From Vibrio vulnificus CMCP6 (GTDB lineage: Bacteria > Pseudomonadota > Gammaproteobacteria > Enterobacterales > Vibrionaceae): DNA of 32,000 bases. Each line of letters starts with the position of its first letter. The first letter of the stretch is position 1. Shown here one piece after another: positions 10,074 through 17,745 of this stretch. Where the stretch lies: positions 1,530,001 to 1,562,000 of the forward strand of contig NC_004459.3 of NCBI RefSeq assembly GCF_000039765.1. Direction: 5' to 3'. The position numbers were made by a program, and so were the translations under genes. The notes below the pieces were generated by a model, which was given only the letters and a program-made list of their open reading frames with translations, did no database searches and was not told the DNA's origin.

Positions 10074-10319
10074 AAACTTTTCATATTTGTCTGTCTTTTC
10101 ACAAATTCCAAAAATACTCTTTTAGTTAGTGATCTTTGTTCCAAATGATCGTGTCGATTGTTGATTAAATTGCATATACTCTAGGGGTGTAGGGTTTTTA
10201 AATATAACAATCATAAATACAAGGTTGGCCAGTTTATCCTTTTTTATTCGCTAATTTTTAACTTGAATGGGTCGGTTTAAAAGCAGTATAGCGATGATTT
10301 CATTAAGAAAGGCGGTGCC

Positions 10320-11600
10320 ATGTTGAGTGTTGCTTTTTGGCCTTTTAGGCTCTCTTTTCTCACCCTGCTGGGTCTTTTACTCAGCAGCTCATGTACCGCT
10401 TCAGCGAATGAAGTGGCGTTTTCAGGTTTCGGCTCTGTGGGTTATAGCTACGAAAATGAGCCCGATATCGGCTATTTGCGTAACATTTCTCAGCCGCCTG
10501 ATGTTGAACGCAACGGCTCATTTCTTCCCGATTCAAATTTTGGTGTACAGGTTGATTGGGCGCTGAATTATCAATGGTCGCTCACTGCACAATGGGTGCT
10601 AGAAGATCGCGTTGAGCAAGATTTTAATAACGTCACCGAGCTGGCGTTTATTCGCTACTTACCCGATGCCAACTGGGATTTGCGCATCGGCCGTGTTGGC
10701 CTGAATGCCTATACCGCAGCAGACAGCCGACGGATTGACTACGCCCACCTCTGGGTTCGCCCACCTCAAGAGCTTTACGGCAGTATTTTTTATGACTCAA
10801 TTGATGGTCTTGATGTTACGTATCGCTCTTCGATTAACGAGGTGAACTGGTCTGCCAGCTTGCAATATGGCGCCATTTCTCAGGTAATCGAAGATGAGCG
10901 AACAAAAGATCATTCAGAGGCCAGTTCAGATCATACGTTGGCCATCGCACTGACGTTTGATTACCACGAGTGGAGTGGACGTTTTTCTTTTGTTGATGTG
11001 GCGGATTTAACGGTCTCACTTGGTCCAAACAGCCAACAAGCACAACTGGGGATTGCCCAGTTAGCGCAAGCAGGATTGGGGGCGGCCAGTTTAGAGGCGG
11101 CTGAGATTTACGCCCAATCCAACATCAATGGAGAATCGGTAAAGTACTGGCAGGTCGGGCTTGGTTACTTTGATGGCGAGTGGCAGATGCAGTCCGAGCT
11201 TTTTTATGTGGCAGGTATGAAGCAAGCCATCCCGCAAGGTAGTGGTGGCTATCTGATGTTAGGGCGAAGCATTCATCGTTTTACGCCTTATGCAACCGTA
11301 TCGTTTTTTGAGCCAGCAAGAGACATCGTTAAAGCACAAAGCGATTGGGGGCTCATCTCCCCTCAGTTAGGGCAATTTCAGCAACTCATCATTAGCGGCA
11401 TCAATTCCACTTACATCGATCAGAATACCTATTCCTTAGGCATACGCTGGGATATTCACCCGCAAGTCGCGATCAAAGGGCAATTTGACTACATCCAGAT
11501 TCACGATGTGGGATATGGCCTTTGGGCGGCTGACGGTCGTTCATCAACTCAAGGGCGCGACGTTCAGCTTTACACCCTTAGTGTGAACTTTATTTTTTAG
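10320..11600 (+). CDS. vpvA: Porin-like outer-membrane beta-barrel protein (first gene of the triad; tentative VpvA counterpart)
   Basis: 426 aa with a signal peptide (...LLLSSSCTASA/NEVAF). Sequence segments are rich in G, Y and W and look strand-like. The C-terminus ...QLYTLSVNFIF ends in Phe, the OMP beta-signal. An AAGAAAGG SD lies upstream. The symbol is tentative and rests only on the position between acpS and barA/varS, as for V. cholerae VC2456 (from memory). Confidence 0.72.
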   Translation: MLSVAFWPFRLSFLTLLGLLLSSSCTASANEVAFSGFGSVGYSYENEPDIGYLRNISQPPDVERNGSFLPDSNFGVQVDWALNYQWSLTAQWVLEDRVEQDFNNVTELAFIRYLPDANWDLRIGRVGLNAYTAADSRRIDYAHLWVRPPQELYGSIFYDSIDGLDVTYRSSINEVNWSASLQYGAISQVIEDERTKDHSEASSDHTLAIALTFDYHEWSGRFSFVDVADLTVSLGPNSQQAQLGIAQLAQAGLGAASLEAAEIYAQSNINGESVKYWQVGLGYFDGEWQMQSELFYVAGMKQAIPQGSGGYLMLGRSIHRFTPYATVSFFEPARDIVKAQSDWGLISPQLGQFQQLIISGINSTYIDQNTYSLGIRWDIHPQVAIKGQFDYIQIHDVGYGLWAADGRSSTQGRDVQLYTLSVNFIF

Positions 11601-11606
11601 GGGGAG

Positions 11607-12020
11607 ATGAAGATGAGATATCTAATTTCCCTCCTAGCCAGTTTGGTGATGATGCCCGTTTACGGCGAAATTTTTGTGGTCGTTAGCCATGAGAGCGCCA
11701 TTCATCAAATGAACGAAAGCGAAGTGGCGGATGTGTATTTAGGCCGAAAACGCTCTTTTGGCCGCGTGGACATTACGCAAGTTTTTGACCGCAGTGATGA
11801 GGTTCGAGCGCGCTTTTTTGGCAAAGTGGCCAATATGCGCACCAGTCAGATTAACGCGTATTGGGCTAAGCTTAAATTTTCAGGACGGATGCGAGCGCCT
11901 GATGTGATTGAAACCGACATTGAACTGGTTGAGCACTTGCTTGCCAACCCAAATGCCATTGGCTATATGCAAACTTCACCTCCTGAGGAGTTAAAGGTGG
12001 TTGCCACAATTTATGAATAA
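11607..12020 (+). CDS. vpvB: Small periplasmic PstS/PBP-like protein, about half the size of a canonical binding protein (tentative VpvB counterpart)
   Basis: 137 aa. A GGGGGAG SD lies upstream, with a 6-nt gap after the previous stop. It has a signal peptide (...LVMMPVYG/EIF). PstS-family-like motifs are present (EVADVYLGRKRSF, NPNAIGYMQ). The stop overlaps the cyclase start. Confidence 0.68.
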   Translation: MKMRYLISLLASLVMMPVYGEIFVVVSHESAIHQMNESEVADVYLGRKRSFGRVDITQVFDRSDEVRARFFGKVANMRTSQINAYWAKLKFSGRMRAPDVIETDIELVEHLLANPNAIGYMQTSPPEELKVVATIYE

Positions 12021-13272
12021 CTTGCCGAGACATTCATTAGCGAATCGCCTGCTGAGATTTGTTTCGATATGCGCGATTGTCTATCTAGTGCTTTTGCTGG
12101 CGCTGATGATTCCGTTTGGCTTTAAAAATGCGAAGCAAGCGCATACGGAGTTAGAACAAAAATTGGTGTTGTCTCTCTCTAACTCGGCGGCCATCGCGTT
12201 GTATGTCAATAACCATGAGATTGCCGAAGAGGTGATTGACTCTTTGCTGCTGCATGATGAAATCAATGCTGTGCGTCTTGAAAGTTTAGAGGGCGTGACG
12301 TTTGACAAAATCAAACCGGGGCAGTTTGAAAAAGACATGTGGCTGCACGCGAATCAATACCCTTTACTCTCACCAGTGGATGCCAAACCATTGGGGATTC
12401 TGTATGTGCACGACAATCATTTGGTGATTCAACGTAAAACCCTCGACAAAGTGCTTTACCAGATTTTGTTTGTTTTGCTGCAGTTTTTGATGACGTTTGT
12501 GGTCATTGCGTTGGTGGTAAAACGCATCATCGGTAAGCCATTGAGGGCGCTATCGATTGCGGTGTCGCGTGCCACTCCAGGACAGGTGAAAACCGTTGAA
12601 GTGGATGATATCAATCGCAACAACGAAATCGGTTTGGTGGCCAGTAGCATCAACACCTTTATTGAAAACTCGCATCAGGCACTGATCCGAGAGAAAGAGC
12701 TACGCTCTCAGATTGAACGTTGGGAAATCTACTACCGTGGTATGGCGGAGCAAGACACCTTAACTGGTCTCAAAAACCGTTTGGGCTGTGAAAAACACTT
12801 TTCACACATGAAACACAGTGAGGCTTATTTATCACTGTTACTCATTGATTTAGATGGTTTTAAAGCAGTCAATGACAGCCATGGGCATGCAGTGGGTGAT
12901 GCCGTGTTATCCACCATCGCGAATCGTTACCTTCATCTGACCCAAGAGCATTTTAATCAAAGTGTCGTTGGGCGGATTGGTGGGGATGAGTTTGTCATTT
13001 ACTTGCCACATCGTGATGGGCCAGAAAAAATGGAAGCCTTTTTGTTGGCGTTTGCTGAGCAGTTAATTGAGTCGAGCAATACGCCGATTGAAGTGAAACA
13101 ACTGCAAGTACATGTCGGTTGCAGTATCGGCATTGCGACGGCAACGGCCGCAAAAGCCGATATGGAGAAGTTGCTGCTTCAAGCTGATAATGCAATGTAC
13201 CTTGCCAAACAGGATGGAAAAAACACTGCGCGTTTTTTTCGCCGACCGGTTAGCCAGTCGGTAGGTAACTGA
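12013..13272 (+). CDS. vpvC: Inner-membrane diguanylate cyclase: TM, periplasmic sensor segment, TM, HAMP, GGDEF (tentative VpvC counterpart)
   Basis: I prefer the start at ATG 12013 (MNNLPRH...; overlap ATGAATAA with the upstream stop); the track start TTG 12001 is possible. Two TM helices (FVSICAIVYLVLLLALMIPFGF and ILFVLLQFLMTFVVIALVV) bracket about 110 aa. A HAMP-like segment follows (KRIIGKPLRALSIAVS...). The GGDEF domain begins at DTLTGLKNR, with LIDLDGFKAVND and an intact GGDEF at 12979-12993. Confidence 0.87.
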   Translation: MNNLPRHSLANRLLRFVSICAIVYLVLLLALMIPFGFKNAKQAHTELEQKLVLSLSNSAAIALYVNNHEIAEEVIDSLLLHDEINAVRLESLEGVTFDKIKPGQFEKDMWLHANQYPLLSPVDAKPLGILYVHDNHLVIQRKTLDKVLYQILFVLLQFLMTFVVIALVVKRIIGKPLRALSIAVSRATPGQVKTVEVDDINRNNEIGLVASSINTFIENSHQALIREKELRSQIERWEIYYRGMAEQDTLTGLKNRLGCEKHFSHMKHSEAYLSLLLIDLDGFKAVNDSHGHAVGDAVLSTIANRYLHLTQEHFNQSVVGRIGGDEFVIYLPHRDGPEKMEAFLLAFAEQLIESSNTPIEVKQLQVHVGCSIGIATATAAKADMEKLLLQADNAMYLAKQDGKNTARFFRRPVSQSVGN

Positions 13273-13311
13273 TCCGTTCAATGGGTTGTCGTAGGGCCGT
13301 GAAGAGACTGT

Positions 13312-13343
13312 TTGTTGAGAAAGAAAATTGTTGAGAAAGAAAA
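13312..13343. repeat. Perfect 16-bp tandem duplication TTGTTGAGAAAGAAAA x2
   Basis: Copy 1 is 13312-13327 and copy 2 is 13328-13343. Copy 2 supplies the A-rich left arm of the adjacent terminator stem. Confidence 0.95.
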
Positions 13344-13370
13344 CCGCCGTGACGGCGGTTTTCTTTTAAT
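13336..13370. terminator. Bidirectional intrinsic terminator between the cyclase gene and barA
   Basis: A 14-bp stem pairs AAAGAAAACCGCCG (13336-13349) with CGGCGGTTTTCTTT (13353-13366), with loop TGA. An A-tract lies on one side and a T-tract on the other. It sits between convergent stops at 13272 and 13375. Confidence 0.8.
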
Positions 13371-13374
13371 GGCA

Positions 13375-16161
13375 TTAGGCGAGATACAACTGCGCGGTGG
13401 TGGATACCTTGAGCATCTCATCTTGCAGTTCAAACAGTTCAGGCTCGACATCCATCAGATCGGCATCGCTGCGCAGGGATTGCTCAATGGTGGCACAGAG
13501 CGCCTTTAAGCGTGGTACACCACAGTAAGAGCTGCTGCCATGCAGCTTATGGATGACATGAATCAGTTCGTCACGCGGGTAGTCTTCCTGCTCTAACGCG
13601 AGCTCGACAACACTCTCTACTTCCGGAATGAATTCCACCAACATTCTCAGCATATCTTTTGCCAAATCTTCCTTGTTAGCAGATTGCTTCAGTGCTGCTT
13701 GCCAATCGATGATGATGTCGCTGCTGCGTGCGATGTTCTGCTGCACACTGCTCTCTTCGGTCGCAATATAGCTTGGTGAGATCTTTTCAACTTGGCTATC
13801 GCAGGTGTTGGGATTCCAGTGGATCAGCACTTGCTGCAAAATATGCTCTTCGATGGGCTTGGTGAGGTAATCATCCATGCCTGCCTTGAGTAGGCGGTCA
13901 CGCTCACCGCTCATGGCGTGTGCCGTTACCGCGATCACTGGCGTGTTGGCATTGAGTTCGGTTTGTTTGATCAACTTACAAGCCGTCACTCCATCCATCT
14001 TCGGCATCTGAATATCCATAAAGATCAGATCGAACTGGCGGCTGGTAGCAATATCGACCGCGTCTTGGCCTGAACTGCAAGAGGTGACCGAAACCACGCG
14101 TTCTGCAAGGAGCGCGGTGATCAGTTTGAGGTTGGCTGGGTTGTCATCTACGGCCAGTACCGACAGGGAAGAGCGCTCTGCTTGTGCGTTTTCAGGCGCC
14201 GGAAGCAAAGGTTGTAAGGTTTGTTTTGCCGCGAGGCTTTGCAGCAGTTTTCTTCGACCTAGCGGCTTGGTTAAACATTGAATGCCAAAACGTTCGGTCA
14301 ATTGATCCGCCAGAGCTAACTCGGTGCTAGGGATGGCCAGAATGGTGTTGGCAGAGATGTGCAGTGCTCGGCTTAACCAGTTTTCAATGGTTTCCAATTC
14401 GTACACTTGGTTTACCGCCAAACTCAGCAGAACAAAATCGTAGCCTTTGGCATTGTCTGGTAAGAGCGAGCGGTAGGTGACATTGATGCCTTCTTGCGTT
14501 AAGACTTGCTGGGTGACCGCCGCCGCTTGCATGTTTGGCTCAACCAACAGCAGTTCTTTGCCTTGCAGATATTCGGCTTCTATCGAATCGCTCATTGGCA
14601 TTTGCGTGGAGTGCAGACGCAAGGTGAACCAGAAGGTTGAACCTTGGTGAAGTCGGCTGGTAAGGCTGATCTCACCGCCCATTTGACTGACCAGTTTCTG
14701 GGTGATAACCAACCCAAGGCCGGTGCCACCGTAGCGGCGAGAAATACTGGCGTCGGCTTGACTAAAGGCTTGGAAAAGCTGCGCTTGTTGCCGCTCAGAA
14801 ATACCGATACCCGTATCTTTCACCATAAATTGCAGGTCAATACTGTCGCCCGATTGAGCTCGCATTTCCACACTGACATCGATGTTGCCACGTTCGGTAA
14901 ACTTGATTGAGTTACCCACTAGGTTGGTCAGTACCTGCTGAATACGCAATGGATCGCCCACCACGCCTTCTGGGATACGCGGATCAATCTTCAACGTGAT
15001 CTCTAACCCTTTTTCGTGCGCGCTAGTGGCTTGAAGGCTGATAACCTCTTCTAGGCTTTCACGGAAATCAAATGGAATGTTTTCCAGTGCTAGCTTGCCA
15101 GCTTCCAGTTTCGAGAAGTCCAAAATATCGTTGATGATATTGAGCAGGTTGTTGGCCGACTTTTCAATGGTCTGTAGATAGTCGGTTTGGCTGTTAGTCA
15201 GCTGCGTTTTGAGCATCTGACGAGTAAAGCCGATCACGCCGTTGAGTGGTGTACGCAGCTCATGCGACATATTGGCGAGGAACTCGGATTTGACTCGTGC
15301 CGCTTCTTGGGCGCGTTTTTTGGCGATATCCAGTTCAACGTTTTGAATCTCAAGCTGCTCGAGTGTTTCTCGTAAGTCGGAGGTGGCTTGGTCAATGCTG
15401 TGCTGCATCTCAACGTGATATTCCGACAACGAAATCGCCATCGCGTTGATACCGTTTTTCAACGAATCCAATTCCCCGTGCATTTTGCCTTCAATTCGCA
15501 CATCCAATTGACCACGGCGAATACGGTCGACGACGTTTTTCATGTGCGTAATCGGCTGGGTAACATCCTGCATTAGGCGCGAAGCAAACACGCTCGCTAA
15601 GCCCAAACCAAGGATTAACACTAGGAAAGCGGAGAAGACTTCTTGGTACTGTTGTAGGCGCAGTGAAGAGAGGTCTAACTCAACGGCAATGTAACCAATG
15701 GCTCGGGTGGCTTCGCCTGGCTCGGCCAAATCACTCAAATAGTGGCCTTCCGATAGTACAGGAACACGCAAAATCATGGTGTCGCTGCGGATTTCCGCAT
15801 TGCCCAAAAGAGGGATCGGTTGGTCTTTCGGGTAGGTTAACGACTCAAAATTAGGGTGAAAGTTAGAGGTAACGAACAGTTCGTGTTTGCTATCAAAGAC
15901 GGCAATACTGCGCACCAAATTGGAATTTTTGCGGTGAGCATAGCTGACTAAGCGTCTCACGGCCTCTCGACTTTCAGAAAGCAGATGAGGCTCGCTGGCG
16001 ATGGCGATCGGTTCAATAATGCTATTGCCCGTGGTGATCACCTGACGTTCCAGATCTTGATAGCGATTGAAAGAGAAAAAACTACTGAGCAACAACCCGA
16101 TGATCAAGGTTGGCGCTAGGGTGAGCGTAATTACACGTGCTCGTAAGCCATATCTGGTCAT
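13375..16161 (-). CDS. barA: Hybrid sensor histidine kinase BarA (VarS in V. cholerae) of the BarA/UvrY (VarS/VarA) system
   Basis: 928 aa with two N-terminal TM helices and a HAMP domain. The H-box is SHELRTPLNG. HATPase motifs are KDTGIGI and GGTGLGL. The receiver domain has VLAVDDNPANL and DLIFMDIQMPKMDG. The C-terminal HPt domain has HKLHGSSSYCGVPRL. Confidence 0.95.
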   Translation of the reverse strand: MTRYGLRARVITLTLAPTLIIGLLLSSFFSFNRYQDLERQVITTGNSIIEPIAIASEPHLLSESREAVRRLVSYAHRKNSNLVRSIAVFDSKHELFVTSNFHPNFESLTYPKDQPIPLLGNAEIRSDTMILRVPVLSEGHYLSDLAEPGEATRAIGYIAVELDLSSLRLQQYQEVFSAFLVLILGLGLASVFASRLMQDVTQPITHMKNVVDRIRRGQLDVRIEGKMHGELDSLKNGINAMAISLSEYHVEMQHSIDQATSDLRETLEQLEIQNVELDIAKKRAQEAARVKSEFLANMSHELRTPLNGVIGFTRQMLKTQLTNSQTDYLQTIEKSANNLLNIINDILDFSKLEAGKLALENIPFDFRESLEEVISLQATSAHEKGLEITLKIDPRIPEGVVGDPLRIQQVLTNLVGNSIKFTERGNIDVSVEMRAQSGDSIDLQFMVKDTGIGISERQQAQLFQAFSQADASISRRYGGTGLGLVITQKLVSQMGGEISLTSRLHQGSTFWFTLRLHSTQMPMSDSIEAEYLQGKELLLVEPNMQAAAVTQQVLTQEGINVTYRSLLPDNAKGYDFVLLSLAVNQVYELETIENWLSRALHISANTILAIPSTELALADQLTERFGIQCLTKPLGRRKLLQSLAAKQTLQPLLPAPENAQAERSSLSVLAVDDNPANLKLITALLAERVVSVTSCSSGQDAVDIATSRQFDLIFMDIQMPKMDGVTACKLIKQTELNANTPVIAVTAHAMSGERDRLLKAGMDDYLTKPIEEHILQQVLIHWNPNTCDSQVEKISPSYIATEESSVQQNIARSSDIIIDWQAALKQSANKEDLAKDMLRMLVEFIPEVESVVELALEQEDYPRDELIHVIHKLHGSSSYCGVPRLKALCATIEQSLRSDADLMDVEPELFELQDEMLKVSTTAQLYLA

Positions 16162-16333
16162 GTTATCTAATTACATCAAGGTCTGGATATGGGAAAATAG
16201 GCGCCACTAATATGTCAGTGACCCAGCCGGATAGTCGCTAAGCATAATCACAACCGCTCACAGGCACAACGATTGCGCAGCAGAATAGTGAAGCGGTAAA
16301 ACAAATTTGAGTAAATCATTCAGGTAATTGAGC

Positions 16334-17650
16334 ATGGCACGTTTTTTCCAACCGAAAAAGAAACTTCAACCCGAAAGCAAACATCAGCAGGTGTTGGTGG
16401 AAAAACTCGACCATCAAGGGGCGGGGATTGCCTATCTCAACAAAAAGCCACTTTTTATTGATGGCACTTTACCGGGGGAAGAGGTGGTGACGCAGCTGAC
16501 GGAGAGTAAAAGTAAGTTTGCGCGCGGTAAACTGATCAAATTGCTCAAACCAGCGGCGGAACGTGTTGAACCATTCTGTTCTCATTTTAATCAGTGTGGT
16601 GGTTGCGACATGCAGCACATGGATTACCAAGCTCAACTGGCTTATAAGCAGCGCACTCTGCTGCAACTGATGAAGAAATTTTCCGGCAGTGAGATCCTTT
16701 TATCACCACCAGTAACGGGGCTTGAGAAGGCGTATCGTCGTCGTGCGCGCGTCAGCCTGATGTGGGACAAAAAATCGCGCCAGTTGCAGTTTGGATTCCG
16801 CCGTAAACAGAGCAAGCAAATCGAAAACGTTACTCAGTGCCCGGTATTAGTGGCTGAGCTTGAGTGTTTGTTGCCAGAACTGAAAGCGATCTTGAGCCAT
16901 TTCCAACATCCTGAACACTTAGGCCATGTTGAACTGGTTGCGGCAGATAACGGTGCGGTCATCACGCTTCGACATACAGGCCCATTGTTGGATGAAGACG
17001 TGGCTAAGCTACGTCAATGTGCAGAACAACATCAAGCCACGCTGTACCTTATGCCCGCAAGCGATCAGCTCGAGCGTATTTCTGGCGAAGCGCCGTACTA
17101 CCAAGAAATTGGCTTTAAAGTGCCATTTGAGCCAAACAACTTTATTCAGGTGAACCAAAAGGTAAACCAACAGATGGTGGTTCAAGCGCTTGAGTGGTTA
17201 GACCCGCAAAGCAGCGACCGTGTGTTAGATCTCTTCTGTGGTCTAGGAAATTTTAGCTTGCCGATCGCCAGTAAAGCTAAGTCGGTGACTGGGGTGGAAG
17301 GGGTGGACGAAATGGTGCAAAAAGCAGCAATCAACGCCTCTTTGAACCAAATCAATAACGCGCAATTTTTCCACGCTAATCTGGAGCAGGATTTTGTTGG
17401 GCAGCCTTGGGCGAGCGAGAAGTTTGATAAGATTTTACTCGATCCTGCAAGGGCTGGCGCAAGCGGTATCATCGAGCAGGTTTCCGCACTCGGTGCGAAA
17501 AGAGTGGTTTATGTTTCGTGTAATCCTGCTACCCTTGCAAGGGATAGCCAAAGCCTGTTGGAGCAAGGTTATCGCTTAACCAAATTAGGTATGTTGGACA
17601 TGTTCCCTTATACCAGTCACCTTGAATCGATGGCGTTGTTTGAAAAATAA
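16334..17650 (+). CDS. rlmD: 23S rRNA (uracil1939-C5)-methyltransferase RlmD (RumA)
   Basis: I chose the start at ATG 16334 ([10 protein letters not shown]...; an AGG lies 9 nt upstream) rather than the track TTG at 16328. It has the Fe-S cluster motif [14 protein letters not shown], the SAM-binding motif [14 protein letters not shown] and the catalytic-Cys region [12 protein letters not shown]. Confidence 0.92.
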   Translation: MARFFQPKKKLQPESKHQQVLVEKLDHQGAGIAYLNKKPLFIDGTLPGEEVVTQLTESKSKFARGKLIKLLKPAAERVEPFCSHFNQCGGCDMQHMDYQAQLAYKQRTLLQLMKKFSGSEILLSPPVTGLEKAYRRRARVSLMWDKKSRQLQFGFRRKQSKQIENVTQCPVLVAELECLLPELKAILSHFQHPEHLGHVELVAADNGAVITLRHTGPLLDEDVAKLRQCAEQHQATLYLMPASDQLERISGEAPYYQEIGFKVPFEPNNFIQVNQKVNQQMVVQALEWLDPQSSDRVLDLFCGLGNFSLPIASKAKSVTGVEGVDEMVQKAAINASLNQINNAQFFHANLEQDFVGQPWASEKFDKILLDPARAGASGIIEQVSALGAKRVVYVSCNPATLARDSQSLLEQGYRLTKLGMLDMFPYTSHLESMALFEK

Positions 17651-17745
17651 ACCACATGGTGAGAAAGCCATCGTTTGATTGGGACAAAACGAACTAACTG
17701 GGATGCTGTTAGTCGAAACTGAAAAAGCAATATTAGGATAATAAG

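Noticed and set aside
10327-10566. 79-aa alternative-frame ORF at the 5' end of the porin-like gene
   Set aside because: It is an out-of-frame overlap. The 426-aa frame has a signal peptide and an OMP C-terminal signature.
10320-13272. The triad as a horizontally acquired genomic island
   Set aside because: There is no flanking tRNA, integrase, transposase or direct repeats. The coding G+C looks similar to the neighbours by eye, and only the upstream spacer is AT-rich. The same slot is occupied in V. cholerae as I recall. This looks like a lineage-conserved accessory operon rather than a mobile island.
13312-13509. 65-aa plus-strand ORF after the cyclase gene
   Set aside because: It starts in the tandem repeat, runs through the bidirectional terminator and then antisense into the barA 3' end. 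It is not credible.
14084-15854. Several 62-88-aa plus-strand ORFs inside barA
   Set aside because: They are antisense to a complete 928-aa hybrid kinase that has all its signature motifs.
16328-16333. TTG start for rlmD in the track
   Set aside because: The ATG two codons downstream has better SD spacing and matches the RlmD N-terminus (MA.F...).
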